Origin: Octopus sinensis
Lineage: Eukaryota
Length of the DNA: 64,000 bases
Reading direction: 5' to 3'
NCBI RefSeq assembly: GCF_006345805.1
Contig: NC_043002.1
Location: 79,236,001-79,300,000 of the forward strand
Shown piece after piece: positions 52,560 to 64,000 of the stretch. The notes under the pieces were generated by a model, which saw nothing but the letters and a program-made list of their open reading frames with translations, had not been told where the DNA came from and made no database searches. The stretch's first letter is position 1, and each line of letters starts with the position of its first letter. A program made the translations under genes and the position numbers.

Positions 52560-53843
52560 CAGGGTGGGGCAGAGAATATGGACGTTTTTGAAATGGCTAT
52601 TAGCCAGCCCCAGGGGAAGGGACATATGTCCGACAGGTATCATTCGGTCCTTGGTATCTTAGCATTTGTTTTCTTTTCACGTGAAACCATGGCACTGTGG
52701 GCGATAGAGCATCGCATGCTTGCCTACAACGGTTACGTGACGAATAGGGAGTCTGCCGCAACAGTTCAGTGAGTTTCGCGCCACTTCAACATTCACTGAA
52801 ATCAGGCTGTTCCCACCCATAACACAAACTTATCTTGGGTGAATGCACTTCATACACAAGGTACACTAATGACTAGGAGACTGGCGTCACGAACGGTACG
52901 GACCGCGGAAAATGTGGAACGCGCCAGACAAGCTTTGATAAGGAGTCCGGATCGTCCTGCTTGGAGCCATTCCACTGAACATGGCATCGGTAATCGATCG
53001 GTAAGATGTATTTTGCATGAAGGCCTGCATTTCCAGCCGTACAAATTGGTCATTGGGTAACAGTTGAAACCATGGGACTATGCAATGCTGCTTAACTTTG
53101 CACGTCAAATGGAAGCAATTTTTGAGGCAAATGAGAACCTCATTTTGTTAATAGGTGATGAAGCTCATTATCATCTTAGTGACATGGTGAATCAACAGAA
53201 CTGTCGCCATTGGGCTCTTGAAAATCCGTGACGGTCTGGTGTGCTTTTGGAAAAAAGCTGCAGTCATTGACCCTTACTTTTCTGAAGACAATAATGGAAA
53301 TGGCGCTACTGTGAACTCCGAACGTTACATCGAGATGATAAATAACTTCTTTGTGCCTGAATTACGATGAAAACGTATGCCTATTGGACGTGTGTGATTT
53401 CAGCAGGATGGGGCGACGGCCCACACAGTCAGAGCATCAATGGACGTTCTCTGTCATCTCTTCGGTGATCGCTTCATTTCCAGGTTTGCTGACATTCCTT
53501 GGCACCCCGCTCAGTCCTCTGATTTGTCCGTGTATAATTACTTCCTGTGGAGAAACCTCAAGGCACGTGTGTATGCGCATAAGCACCGTAAATTGGACGA
53601 TTTGAAGGAAGCTATTCGCGAAGAAGTTGCCCAAATCGACAGGGTAATGCTGGAGAGAGTGGAGGCCAACTTCCAAGAGCGCCTTCAGAAATGCATCAAC
53701 GAAAACGGAGACCACTTGACGGATATTATTTTCCACACTTGATTTTGACAAATGCTAATTTAGTACGAACATATTAATGAATTTTGTAAATTAATGAATT
53801 TTCTGAATTTTTCAAAATCGTCCGTCCTCTCTGCTTCACCCTG
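52560..53843 (+). mobile_element. Near full-length rosa/DD41D-like Tc1/mariner fossil with TIRs and TA TSD
   Basis: TIRs CAGGGTGGGGCAGAGA / TCTCTGCTTCACCCTG; broken ORF 52689-53742 with GDEAHYHL, FQQDGATAH, DLSVYNYFLW; ~41-42 aa spacing. Confidence 0.88.
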
Positions 53844-54272
53844 TATATGCAAATGTCTGTTTATCTATTTACATTTCGCTTACAAAAAACATTGATTTAG
53901 ACCCTAAAGACTGATTTGTTTTTTCGAGCAAAGAACATCGAGACATTTGTTCTCCATCAAATTGCAGACACTCTCATGTCTTGTCCACAGAAGTGCAAGG
54001 AGTCAGTGACTGACTCATTCAAAACCTACCATGCACAATTCAACGACGCTATTTTTCCAAACTGCTTTCTCTCTCTCTCTCTCCTCTCTCTCTTCTCTCC
54101 TCTCTCTCTATATATAATATATATATATATATAATATATATATATATATAATTATATATTATATATATTATATATTATATAAACACATACCTCATAGTCT
54201 TTGGACTAAATTTTACACGCTAGGTCACTGGAAGTGAAACATTCTATTAATTTCCATTTTCCCTTCGATATG

Positions 54273-54312
<40 letters not shown>

Positions 54313-54414
54313 GGATTCAGTAAATGATCAATTCAAATAAACGGATAAAATTAACGGACAATAAGAGTACGTGCACCAGAAATGTATTAGCTAGACGTTC
54401 GGTGAAAAGAGAGA

Positions 54415-54449
54415 CTTTGACGTTTCCAGTATAGCTCATCGTCGGAAAG
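54415..54449 (-). ncRNA. Degenerate minimal hammerhead motif in pLTR-like fragment
   Basis: CUUU-CCGACGA-UGAGCUAUACUG-GAAA-CG-UC-AAAG; related decayed copy at ~50888-50925(-). Confidence 0.5.
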
Positions 54450-54516
54450 GAGAACGAGAAAAGTCCAAAGAAAGAAAAGAAATCGCCAACAGTACGTGGG
54501 TGTAATTTACATTGCT

Positions 54517-54581
<65 letters not shown>

Positions 54582-55075
54582 ACATACTTACACATACGCA
54601 CTCACGCACACACACGTAAATACACACACTCTTATATATACCGTATAGTTTACAGAAGGCCATTGCCGATGTATTTCAACATATTACTAGGCCAGAGAAA
54701 CGTCGATGGTCACGCTAAGTAGAGCTAATAAGGTGTGTCTAGTCACGGGTATATTTCTTTTTTGGTATCTACTTTATAACCACGATAGTGTGGGCTGTTT
54801 GGCTGTTTGGACAGATAGTCTTAGCAAATATTACTGTGTATTGCAGTTGGCTTAATACGAACTGCAGACCTGTCAGACACATATCAGGATATCAGGATAT
54901 CTACTCTCTAATGTATATGAACGGTATGTTATATGTATATTATTTATACACACAGTACATACACACACACACACATACACAAACACACACATACAGTATA
55001 TACAGCGATACAGTAAGATAATATATATATGTTATAAATATATATAATAATTATATATATAAATAGATGAATACA

Positions 55076-55175
55076 NNNNNNNNNNNNNNNNNNNNNNNNN
55101 NNNNNNNNNNNNNNNNNNNNNNNNNNNNNNNNNNNNNNNNNNNNNNNNNNNNNNNNNNNNNNNNNNNNNNNNNNN
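55076..55175. other. Assembly gap, 100 N
   Basis: Run of n. Confidence 1.
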
Positions 55176-55263
55176 TATATATATATATATATATATACAT
55201 ATACATACACACACACACCTATATATATATATATGCAAATAGTATGTCTAAATGAGCGTATAC

Positions 55264-55367
55264 GTCTATCTATATTTATATCTACCTATTAGTCTCCCTA
55301 TATATATATATATATATAAGATATATATCTATAGGGAGACTAATAGTAGATATAAATATAGATAGAC
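55264..55367. repeat. ~38-bp inverted repeat with TA-rich spacer
   Basis: GTCTATCTATATTTATATCTACCTATTAGTCTCCCTATA / TATAGGGAGACTAATAGTAGATATAAATATAGATAGAC. Confidence 0.85.
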
Positions 55368-55561
55368 ACATATATATATATATATAGATATATAATATAT
55401 ATATATATATATATACATTATATATATATATATATATCAAACCTAAAAGACTACGGTGTACGTTCTTGCAGCATATTCTTTTCATCTTTCATACTGTACT
55501 CAAGATATTTGCAAGTGTTATACTGTGATTTCGGTAAAAAAAAAAATAACAAAAAAAATAT

Positions 55562-55597
<36 letters not shown>

Positions 55598-55907
55598 CAG
55601 ACTACAAAAGAATAGTTTTTTTTTTCTCTTGCGAGCACTCACCGCATGCTCAGAAACCAAATTTCTAAACCCAGTTATCACCACATCCTCAACGAAGTGT
55701 AGCCCTCTCCACCCCCCTAAACTTTGACTATACTGTACTTATTCCCTCTTACAATTCCGTCCAATCTTATTCTTCAATTCATAAACCAAGACATGGTTGA
55801 TCACATTAAACGCGCGCACGCACACACAGACACACACACAGACACGCACACGCACATATATACACATATAACATATACATAAATACATGCATACATACAT
55901 AGATATA

Positions 55908-55962
<55 letters not shown>

Positions 55963-56150
55963 ATATATTATATACATATATATATAATGTATGTATAACA
56001 TACTATATGCATATACATAATTATAAAGTACTGATATGCAGCATATATAATACATATAATATATATATAAATATACACACACACATATATATATATATAA
56101 ATATAAATATACTATATATATATATATTATATCTATATATATAAATATAC

Positions 56151-56232
<82 letters not shown>

Positions 56233-56369
56233 GTTCTAATTTCGTCATTTTATCGAGGCTTTCTAGAGTTAGGTACCAGGCGTTTCCATATTCTAAGGGA
56301 TAGAATGTATGTCCGAGTGTTGCATGATGCATGTATGTGTTTGGAAGTATGTATGTAGGTATACACACA

Positions 56370-56416
<47 letters not shown>

Positions 56417-57154
56417 ATGTATATATATATATACGTAGGTACATACGTACATACGTGCATGTAATTCACACACGTTGACATACTTCTCTTGTTTCATCGT
56501 ACCCTATCCTGTTTCCTCATTGTCGTAATCGTGTTCTTTGCTTGTTGTTCTCCGTTGCCAATTTATTATTCAGGGTTTGTTGGTCGATCGATCTGTCTCA
56601 TGTTCGATCAATCGACCTGTACATTTATCCTATAATGATACGTTATTCTATACATTTAAAGTCTCTCTCTCTCTTTCTCTCCGTTTGTCTCTCTCTTTCT
56701 CTGTCTCTGACAGTTAATCTCTCTCTCTCTCTCTCTGTGGCTCTCTCCCTCTCACTCTCTCTGTCGCTCTCTGTCTCTGGCTCTGTCTGTCTGTCTCTCC
56801 CTTTCTCTCTCTCTCTTCTCTCTCTCTCTCCCAGACAGAACTAAGTTTATATATAGTGCTTACTCGCAAAAACCTATCGAAGGATTTCCTACTTCGGCAG
56901 GAACCAAATGTATGTATGTATGTATGTATGTATGTATGTATGTATGTATGTATGTATGTATGTATGTATGTATGTATGTATGTATGTATCTATGCATCTA
57001 TGTATGTATGTATGTGATTGTATTTATATATTCATGTATGTACGTATGCGTATATGTACTTATTTATGTATATATATATATATAGTCGTACACTTTGGTG
57101 AATGCATGTATAATGCACACACACACACATATCTATGCATACGTATATTAATTT

Positions 57155-57185
<31 letters not shown>

Positions 57186-57339
57186 CATTTATATATATAT
57201 ATTCATTTATATATATATATATACATATATATATTCATTTATATATTTATAAATATGTAAATATACATATATGCATTATGTATATGTACATATATCCTTT
57301 CATATATACGCATATATGCGTATATATATATAGGCTATG

Positions 57340-57402
<63 letters not shown>

Positions 57403-57463
57403 GTCTATCTATCTAGCTATCTATATATGTATATATGTTATATATACATACGTATATTCATAC

Positions 57464-57531
<68 letters not shown>

Positions 57532-57653
57532 AGCAATTACATATATACACGTGCAAACACGCACGTACAGACGTATACCGATGAAAGTTCCCTTTGCAGT
57601 TGTCATTATTGCTGTAATTATTGTTGCCATTATTATTATAGTCATTATTATTA

Positions 57654-57710
<57 letters not shown>

Positions 57711-57765
57711 TATGTCATTATGTATTATTATTATTATTATTATTATATTATTGTCATTATTATTA

Positions 57766-57817
<52 letters not shown>

Positions 57818-57967
57818 TATTATTATTGTTATTATTGTTATTATTATTTTTTCTCTAGCAACTAATAAATGTGTTGATATCGGAAGAACTTTCACCTGCT
57901 TCAACTCCTTTTGGTAATATCAACATAATTGTTGAATGTATACACACACACACACACTCGCTCAGAC

Positions 57968-58037
<70 letters not shown>

Positions 58038-58286
58038 ACAGACACACACACACACACACACACAGTCACACACACATATATATATATATATAATAAAGGT
58101 ATACACACGCACAGATACGCATTTATATGTATGTATGTGTGCATATATATTTTCCCGTTAATTTATAATCTGAAAGTTGCTATTTGTTCTCTTATTGATA
58201 ACTCCATTTTGTTATGAGGGTCGCATTTGAATAAGAACTTTTGAAACCACTGTTCTCGCCTACTAACTATACTACTGCTGCTGCGG

Positions 58287-58352
<66 letters not shown>

Positions 58353-58674
58353 CAACCACCACTACCATCTTCACCAACAACAACGCCAGCAATAATACGA
58401 TCATCATAGGCAACTTATTACTATCCTCCTGTTCCCCCAATTCTTTATTCTTCTTTCTGGTAGTATTAGTTATAGCGATAGTGGCAGCGGGGGCAGCAGC
58501 AGCAGCTGTTGCTGCAGTAGTAGTTGTGGTAGTAGTAGTTATAGTGTTATTCTTGTTGCTACTATTGTCGTAGTTGCATGTGCGTTCATTATTGATATGG
58601 CTGTTGATGCTGTTAATCTTTCTTAACGATAATTATATTTTTTCATATTTTTTTATATTAATATGCGGTACTCT

Positions 58675-58719
<45 letters not shown>

Positions 58720-58746
58720 TACACGCACACACACATGTGCAGAGAC

Positions 58747-58777
<31 letters not shown>

Positions 58778-58877
58778 ATGATACCTATAAATATATGTAT
58801 ACAAATACATGCACATAATATATGTATATATATATATATATGCATATATATATAATATATATATGTATATATATGTA

Positions 58878-58972
<95 letters not shown>

Positions 58973-59632
58973 TATATTTATATATCTTATGCTTTTATTT
59001 TATCATCTTACGCTATATCTCTAGCAATAATTTGATTTTTTTTCTTCAGCATCATTTTATATGTTTCAATTATTATTAATTTTTAAAATTTCTATATCAT
59101 TTTTTTTTTATTATTATGTGATTCGGAGAAATATTTCTTTCATTATTTGAGGAAATAACTTAGCCGAGTGTATGGAAAGTTCATGTCTTCTTTTCCTCTA
59201 TTCTCTTGGCACAAGTTCTCGGAATATTCTTCAAACTTTGAACACGCAGAGGTTCCTTTCAATTAATTTGCCACGCTGAATTAACGTCTGCCATTCAAAT
59301 TTTGGTATCAAGAGTTCAATTGCAGAGTTCACCTGCTCTCACGCACGCATTTCACGCACACACATGCACGTACCCGTACACATTAAAACACATATGCATA
59401 CACACATTCATACTCAAACACACACATACACACATAATATATATATATGTATACATATGCATGTACAAGAATATGTAACTATATATGAGTGTATATATAC
59501 ATATACATGCATACATATATTATATGTTATATATATGTACATATATGTATGTATGTATGTATGTATTATGTATGTATGTATGTATGTATGTATGTATGTA
59601 TGTATGTAGTATGTATGTATGTATATATAATA

Positions 59633-59681
<49 letters not shown>

Positions 59682-60749
59682 TATAAAAATTATATGCACA
59701 TGCGTACAAACACATGCATGCATGTGTGCGTTCTTCATCTCTGCAACTATACACATGCATACATTTAAGCACGCATAACATACTCGGTTTCATGTGAAAA
59801 TAGAATAAAATTGAATCTTGTTGTGTCAATAGGATGCATGTACTAGTTACCACAAACGGGTCGCGCGGTTCGTATCTTCTCAAGGAGTAGTTTCTTGCTA
59901 ATTTCATTAGTATATTCGTCAGTGCGTTGCCATTTAAGATTGCATTATTCTATGACTACACCATTCATTATTAATCGTCTTCGTTCGTTTGGATTTCTCT
60001 ATAATAAAGGTCAGCCGTTTACTAACGTTCTCTTTTCAAGTTCGCTCGCTTTTCTGGTTTCAATCGAGCAAACTAATGATTAAAGATATTTCAGTCGTAA
60101 TCATCGTATATCTGATTTGCAGATACGGCGTACTAGGGCTTGTTTATTCAATATGTTCTTCCAAAGGATAGCAGTGATTTGAAAATAAAGATGGCTGCAA
60201 TTTGTTGGTCATCGAGCCACCATGTACAAACACTTACTGATTGAGTATATGGCAATAACTTCTCGTTTTTTAGGCACGATGAACGAAGTGTCCTTGCTAA
60301 CTATTGAAAGTAACAGATAACGTTAGAAATTCAGTAGTGATGATACCGAGAGCGCTTATGAAAAATCAATCGCATATTCTTTTTTACTATAATATGGCTG
60401 TAACATAAGCAAATATGAACTGCCTCATCCAGAAGATCCGGGAAGAAAATTCAGGCAGTAAAAGTCTAGGCGTTGTACTGTTCTATCAAAGCTGGAATCA
60501 CTTACAAAAAAAGTATGGAATAACCTTTTCAAAAAGATGTACACACAGATGCATATACTCAAGCACGTGCATACACACACATGTAATAAGCTATTATTCA
60601 TCTTCACTCTGTCTAGAGTCATATTGAAGAAGAATAAAAATGGCTTTTCAGTGAGAATATTGACTGCCACCATTGGTCAGTACTGGTCATTTGAAGAAAT
60701 TAGTCAAATAACAACAGAGAATCATCTTTATGATTGTACGTGATGGAGG

Positions 60750-61600
60750 GGGCAGTATTGCGATGCCAGCTAGCCTACAACCTGTAGGATTTGACATTTT
60801 CATGTCGTCAGGTAGGGAGGTGAAAAATAGAATATGCAACTGCCTGGTGAGGTATCCAGTATGGTGGTGTGACAGCCCATTCACATGGAAAAGTACGACC
60901 TATGCATCAAGGTACTGGGTAGTGCGTTGATCGTCATTGAGTACCGTGTCGTGCATAATTATATTTGATATATATGTAACTGGGAGTTAGCTCTGATATG
61001 TTAAACTGGTGGTGTGCGAAAGTGGAATAATCTTGTTATGAGTACGCAAGTGTTCTTTACTTTGAAATTACCAATGAAAATTCTAGAATTGTGGTAGACA
61101 ATCCGAGGTATTAGCTGCCAGTGATTTGCAATTCATTAACAAGGCAGTTCTTTGATGTTAACAAATCGATAGGTCGGTTTTTATATGATGGATATTTCAG
61201 GCTTTTGCAAAGCATTTGCGGTATAACAAGTTCTTCATGGGAGAAAGGTTGACAATTAGGAGCTGCAGGTAGGAAAGAGCTCTGTAAAAGATACTCCACA
61301 TTATTTTGGGGAGGTCATGTAGCGGGATCAGGATATGGAATTTTCCTTGATCCTGAATCCGAAATAGTAACCATGCTGTGCGAAACTTCTCCATCTTGGA
61401 ATCTATGAGAACGTGTATTTTTCTATTGTAGTGGGTGGTAAAGGAAGCGATATTATCTGTTGAGGATTAACAAACATTTGCGTTATGAGCATTCAAAAAT
61501 TCTTGTTACGTATGGCTGTTTATGGACGGCTGGCATTTAGTTATAACTGTAGAGGCTTCTACATTGAGTGGAAGATTGATCTAGTTTGGATGTAGAAAGA
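60750..61600 (-). pseudogene. Possible highly decayed non-LTR RT fragment
   Basis: Scattered YRFL..TTIEK..QHGYYFGFR resembling YRPISL..QxGFR; weak. Confidence 0.3.
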
Positions 61601-61999
61601 AAGATACTTCACCTACACTAAACACTCCCTGCTATTGCCTCGTTAGAATGGGGGCAGCGACTCTATTGAAGATCACTCTGCCCGCCGATAGATGTGATTC
61701 TTCCGCTAAAGTGTGTGATTAGAATTCTACTTACATCTCATGCACACACACACACACACAAACGCGCGCGCGCACACACACACACACACGCACAAACACA
61801 CACAACACACAAATACATACACATCGACACACAGTCACACAGACCCATACATACACGCGCAGACACTCGCAGACACATATAGACACATACAGACACACCC
61901 AGATACAGACAGACACACGCACACACGCACACACACAAAGACACACATACACACAAACTCACACACACACAAACAAACAAACACACACACACACACACG

Positions 62000-62628
62000 T
62001 ATTTTTCCATTTATTTTAATCTTAATTTTTCATTAATAATTTCAGCAAATCAATCGATAATATATTCTCCTTCATTTTTCACATCTTCTTGGCAAAGTTC
62101 CACAAGCTTGTCAATGACTTAACTGAAGAAAGCATCAGGTCTCTTGACTCAAAGAATTTATTGAGCCACGCTTTCAGTTCCTCGTCGTTATTGAACGAAA
62201 CGCCTCGCAGACTTCTGGAGAGCGACCGAAAAAATAATAATCTGAAGGTGCGACATCAAGAGAAATCGGTACGTGCGGTAGAACTTACCAACCGAAGTCT
62301 TGAATAACGTTTGTAATGAAATTAATGATGTGGAGGCTAGCGCTATCGTGTTCAAGAAGCACGCCGTGTCGCTGATCGAGTCATTTCACCTGGGTTCGCT
62401 CCTTGAGCCGGTGTATTTGCTAAACGTAAAGTTCTGCATTGGCCGTGTGATTGTTTTCAAGTATTTCGTGGTAGATCAGTCCTTCTCAGTCCTACGAAAC
62501 GCGGACCATTTTTTGCGTGGATGCAGCTCTGGCCTGGTTCAAGGTGTTACTTGCTCGTCGGAATTCAATCATTCTTTCTTCTGCTTGATATTGATGTAAG
62601 GACGTAATTTTCCATCGCCGATGACGAT
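62000..62628 (-). mobile_element. mariner fossil, 3' half, related to 47584-48781
   Basis: IVIGDGK..PELHPRK..LRGVSFNNDEELKAWLNKFFES..IDKLVE..KNEGEYIID. Confidence 0.85.
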
Positions 62629-62724
62629 TATGAGATGAAATAATGCTGCTATTGTTACTGACTATGATGATAATGATGATTATGATGATGATGGTGGTGG
62701 TGGTGGAGAGGATGGTGATGATGA

Positions 62725-62759
<35 letters not shown>

Positions 62760-62889
62760 CGACGACTAAATTGATTGTTCATGAATGGGCAAGGAGGAGA
62801 CAGAAAGGAGTAGAGAGTGAATGAAGTCCGCTAAGGGGCTTCCTCTTTTATACAGTTGAGCATCAGGACAACTCCTTCAGCATCAACAT

Positions 62890-63415
62890 CACGACGACGA
62901 CACGACGACCACGACCACCACCACCACCACGGCCACCATGACTATCACCACCGCCACCACGATCACGACGACCACCATGACGACCACCAACAACAACAAC
63001 ACCATCAGAACCATACCATTCAGTCCACCATCTTCATTGGCACCACACTATCACCTCCGTTACTGCCATAATCTTGATCACCGTCACCACCACCACCACC
63101 ACCACCACCACCACCACCACCACCACTACCACCACCAACACCACCACCAACACCACCACCACCACCACTACCACCACCACCACCACCACCACCACCACCA
63201 CCACAACAACAACAACAACACTATCGGCTACACCACCAGCGCCGCAGCCACCGCCACCACCACCACCACAACACCACCAACCACCACCACCACAACCACC
63301 ACCACACACCACCACCACCACCAACACCACACCACCACCACCAACACACCACACTACCACCACCACTACCACCACCAACACACCACCACCACCCACCACC
63401 ACCACCACCACCACC

Positions 63416-63447
<32 letters not shown>

Positions 63448-64000
63448 CACTATCGGCTACACCACCAGCGCCGCAGCCACCGCCACCACCACCACCACAA
63501 CCACCACCACCACCACCACCATCACAGCTATCGCCGCCACCCCCATCATCATTAACACCATCCGTACTATCATCACCATCACATCAACAACCACACAATC
63601 ATTACCAACGAATCCACCAAGAATGCACCACCACGGCCACCACTATCTCAATCGTCGTCGTCGTCATCAATTTCCTGATCATTATCACCACCATCATCGT
63701 CGTCATCATTATCAACATCACCACCGTCGTCGTCGTCATCATCATTATAGACGTAAATCATAACAGCAACAAACATAACAAGGTCAATAACAGCCGCAGC
63801 AACAGTAGCGTGAAGAAGAAGAAGAAGAAAAAATAGGATGATGATGATGATGATGAGGAGGAGGAGGAGGGTGAAAAGGAGGAAAACGAAAATTGGAAAT
63901 AGAAGACGAAGAAGGAGAAGAAGAAGGAAAAGGTGAAGAAAGAGAAGAGAAGAAGAAGGAGAAGATGAAGAAAAGAGGATGATGATGATGATGATGATGA
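62890..64000. repeat. Compound (CAC)/(CAA)/(CAT)/(GAA) microsatellite field with ~70-bp internal duplication
   Basis: CACTATCGGCTACACCACCAGCGCCGCAGCC at ~63219 and ~63448. Confidence 0.9.

Overview
Repeat-dominated, AT-rich eukaryotic non-coding DNA. The SINE families and extreme microsatellite load ((TA)n, (CA)n, (ACAT)n, (ATCT)n, (AAT)n, (ATG)n, (CAC)n) suggest an Octopus genome; this is inferred from recalled repeat families, not checked. I found no intact protein-coding, rRNA or tRNA gene and no CRISPR array. Almost all track ORFs are microsatellite translations. Recognisable content: four tRNA-derived SINE families (my labels A-D), an L1/Tx1 LINE fossil with an inverted upstream piece, Penelope-like element (PLE) remnants, two R4/Dong-like C-termini, RTE 3' ends, Tc1/mariner fossils (mariner x2, maT-like, rosa-like), TA-flanked MITEs and a 100-N gap. 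The most notable signal is a set of minimal type-I hammerhead ribozyme folds in PLE-like repeats, each with a palindromic helix III. They include a tandem pair in a 556-bp unit and a variant with a compensatory G3:C8 core swap. A second notable signal is an (AAT)n-embedded non-coding retroposon whose 3' end resembles pieces of U2 snRNA. All alignments and folds were done by eye; boundaries of decayed elements are approximate.
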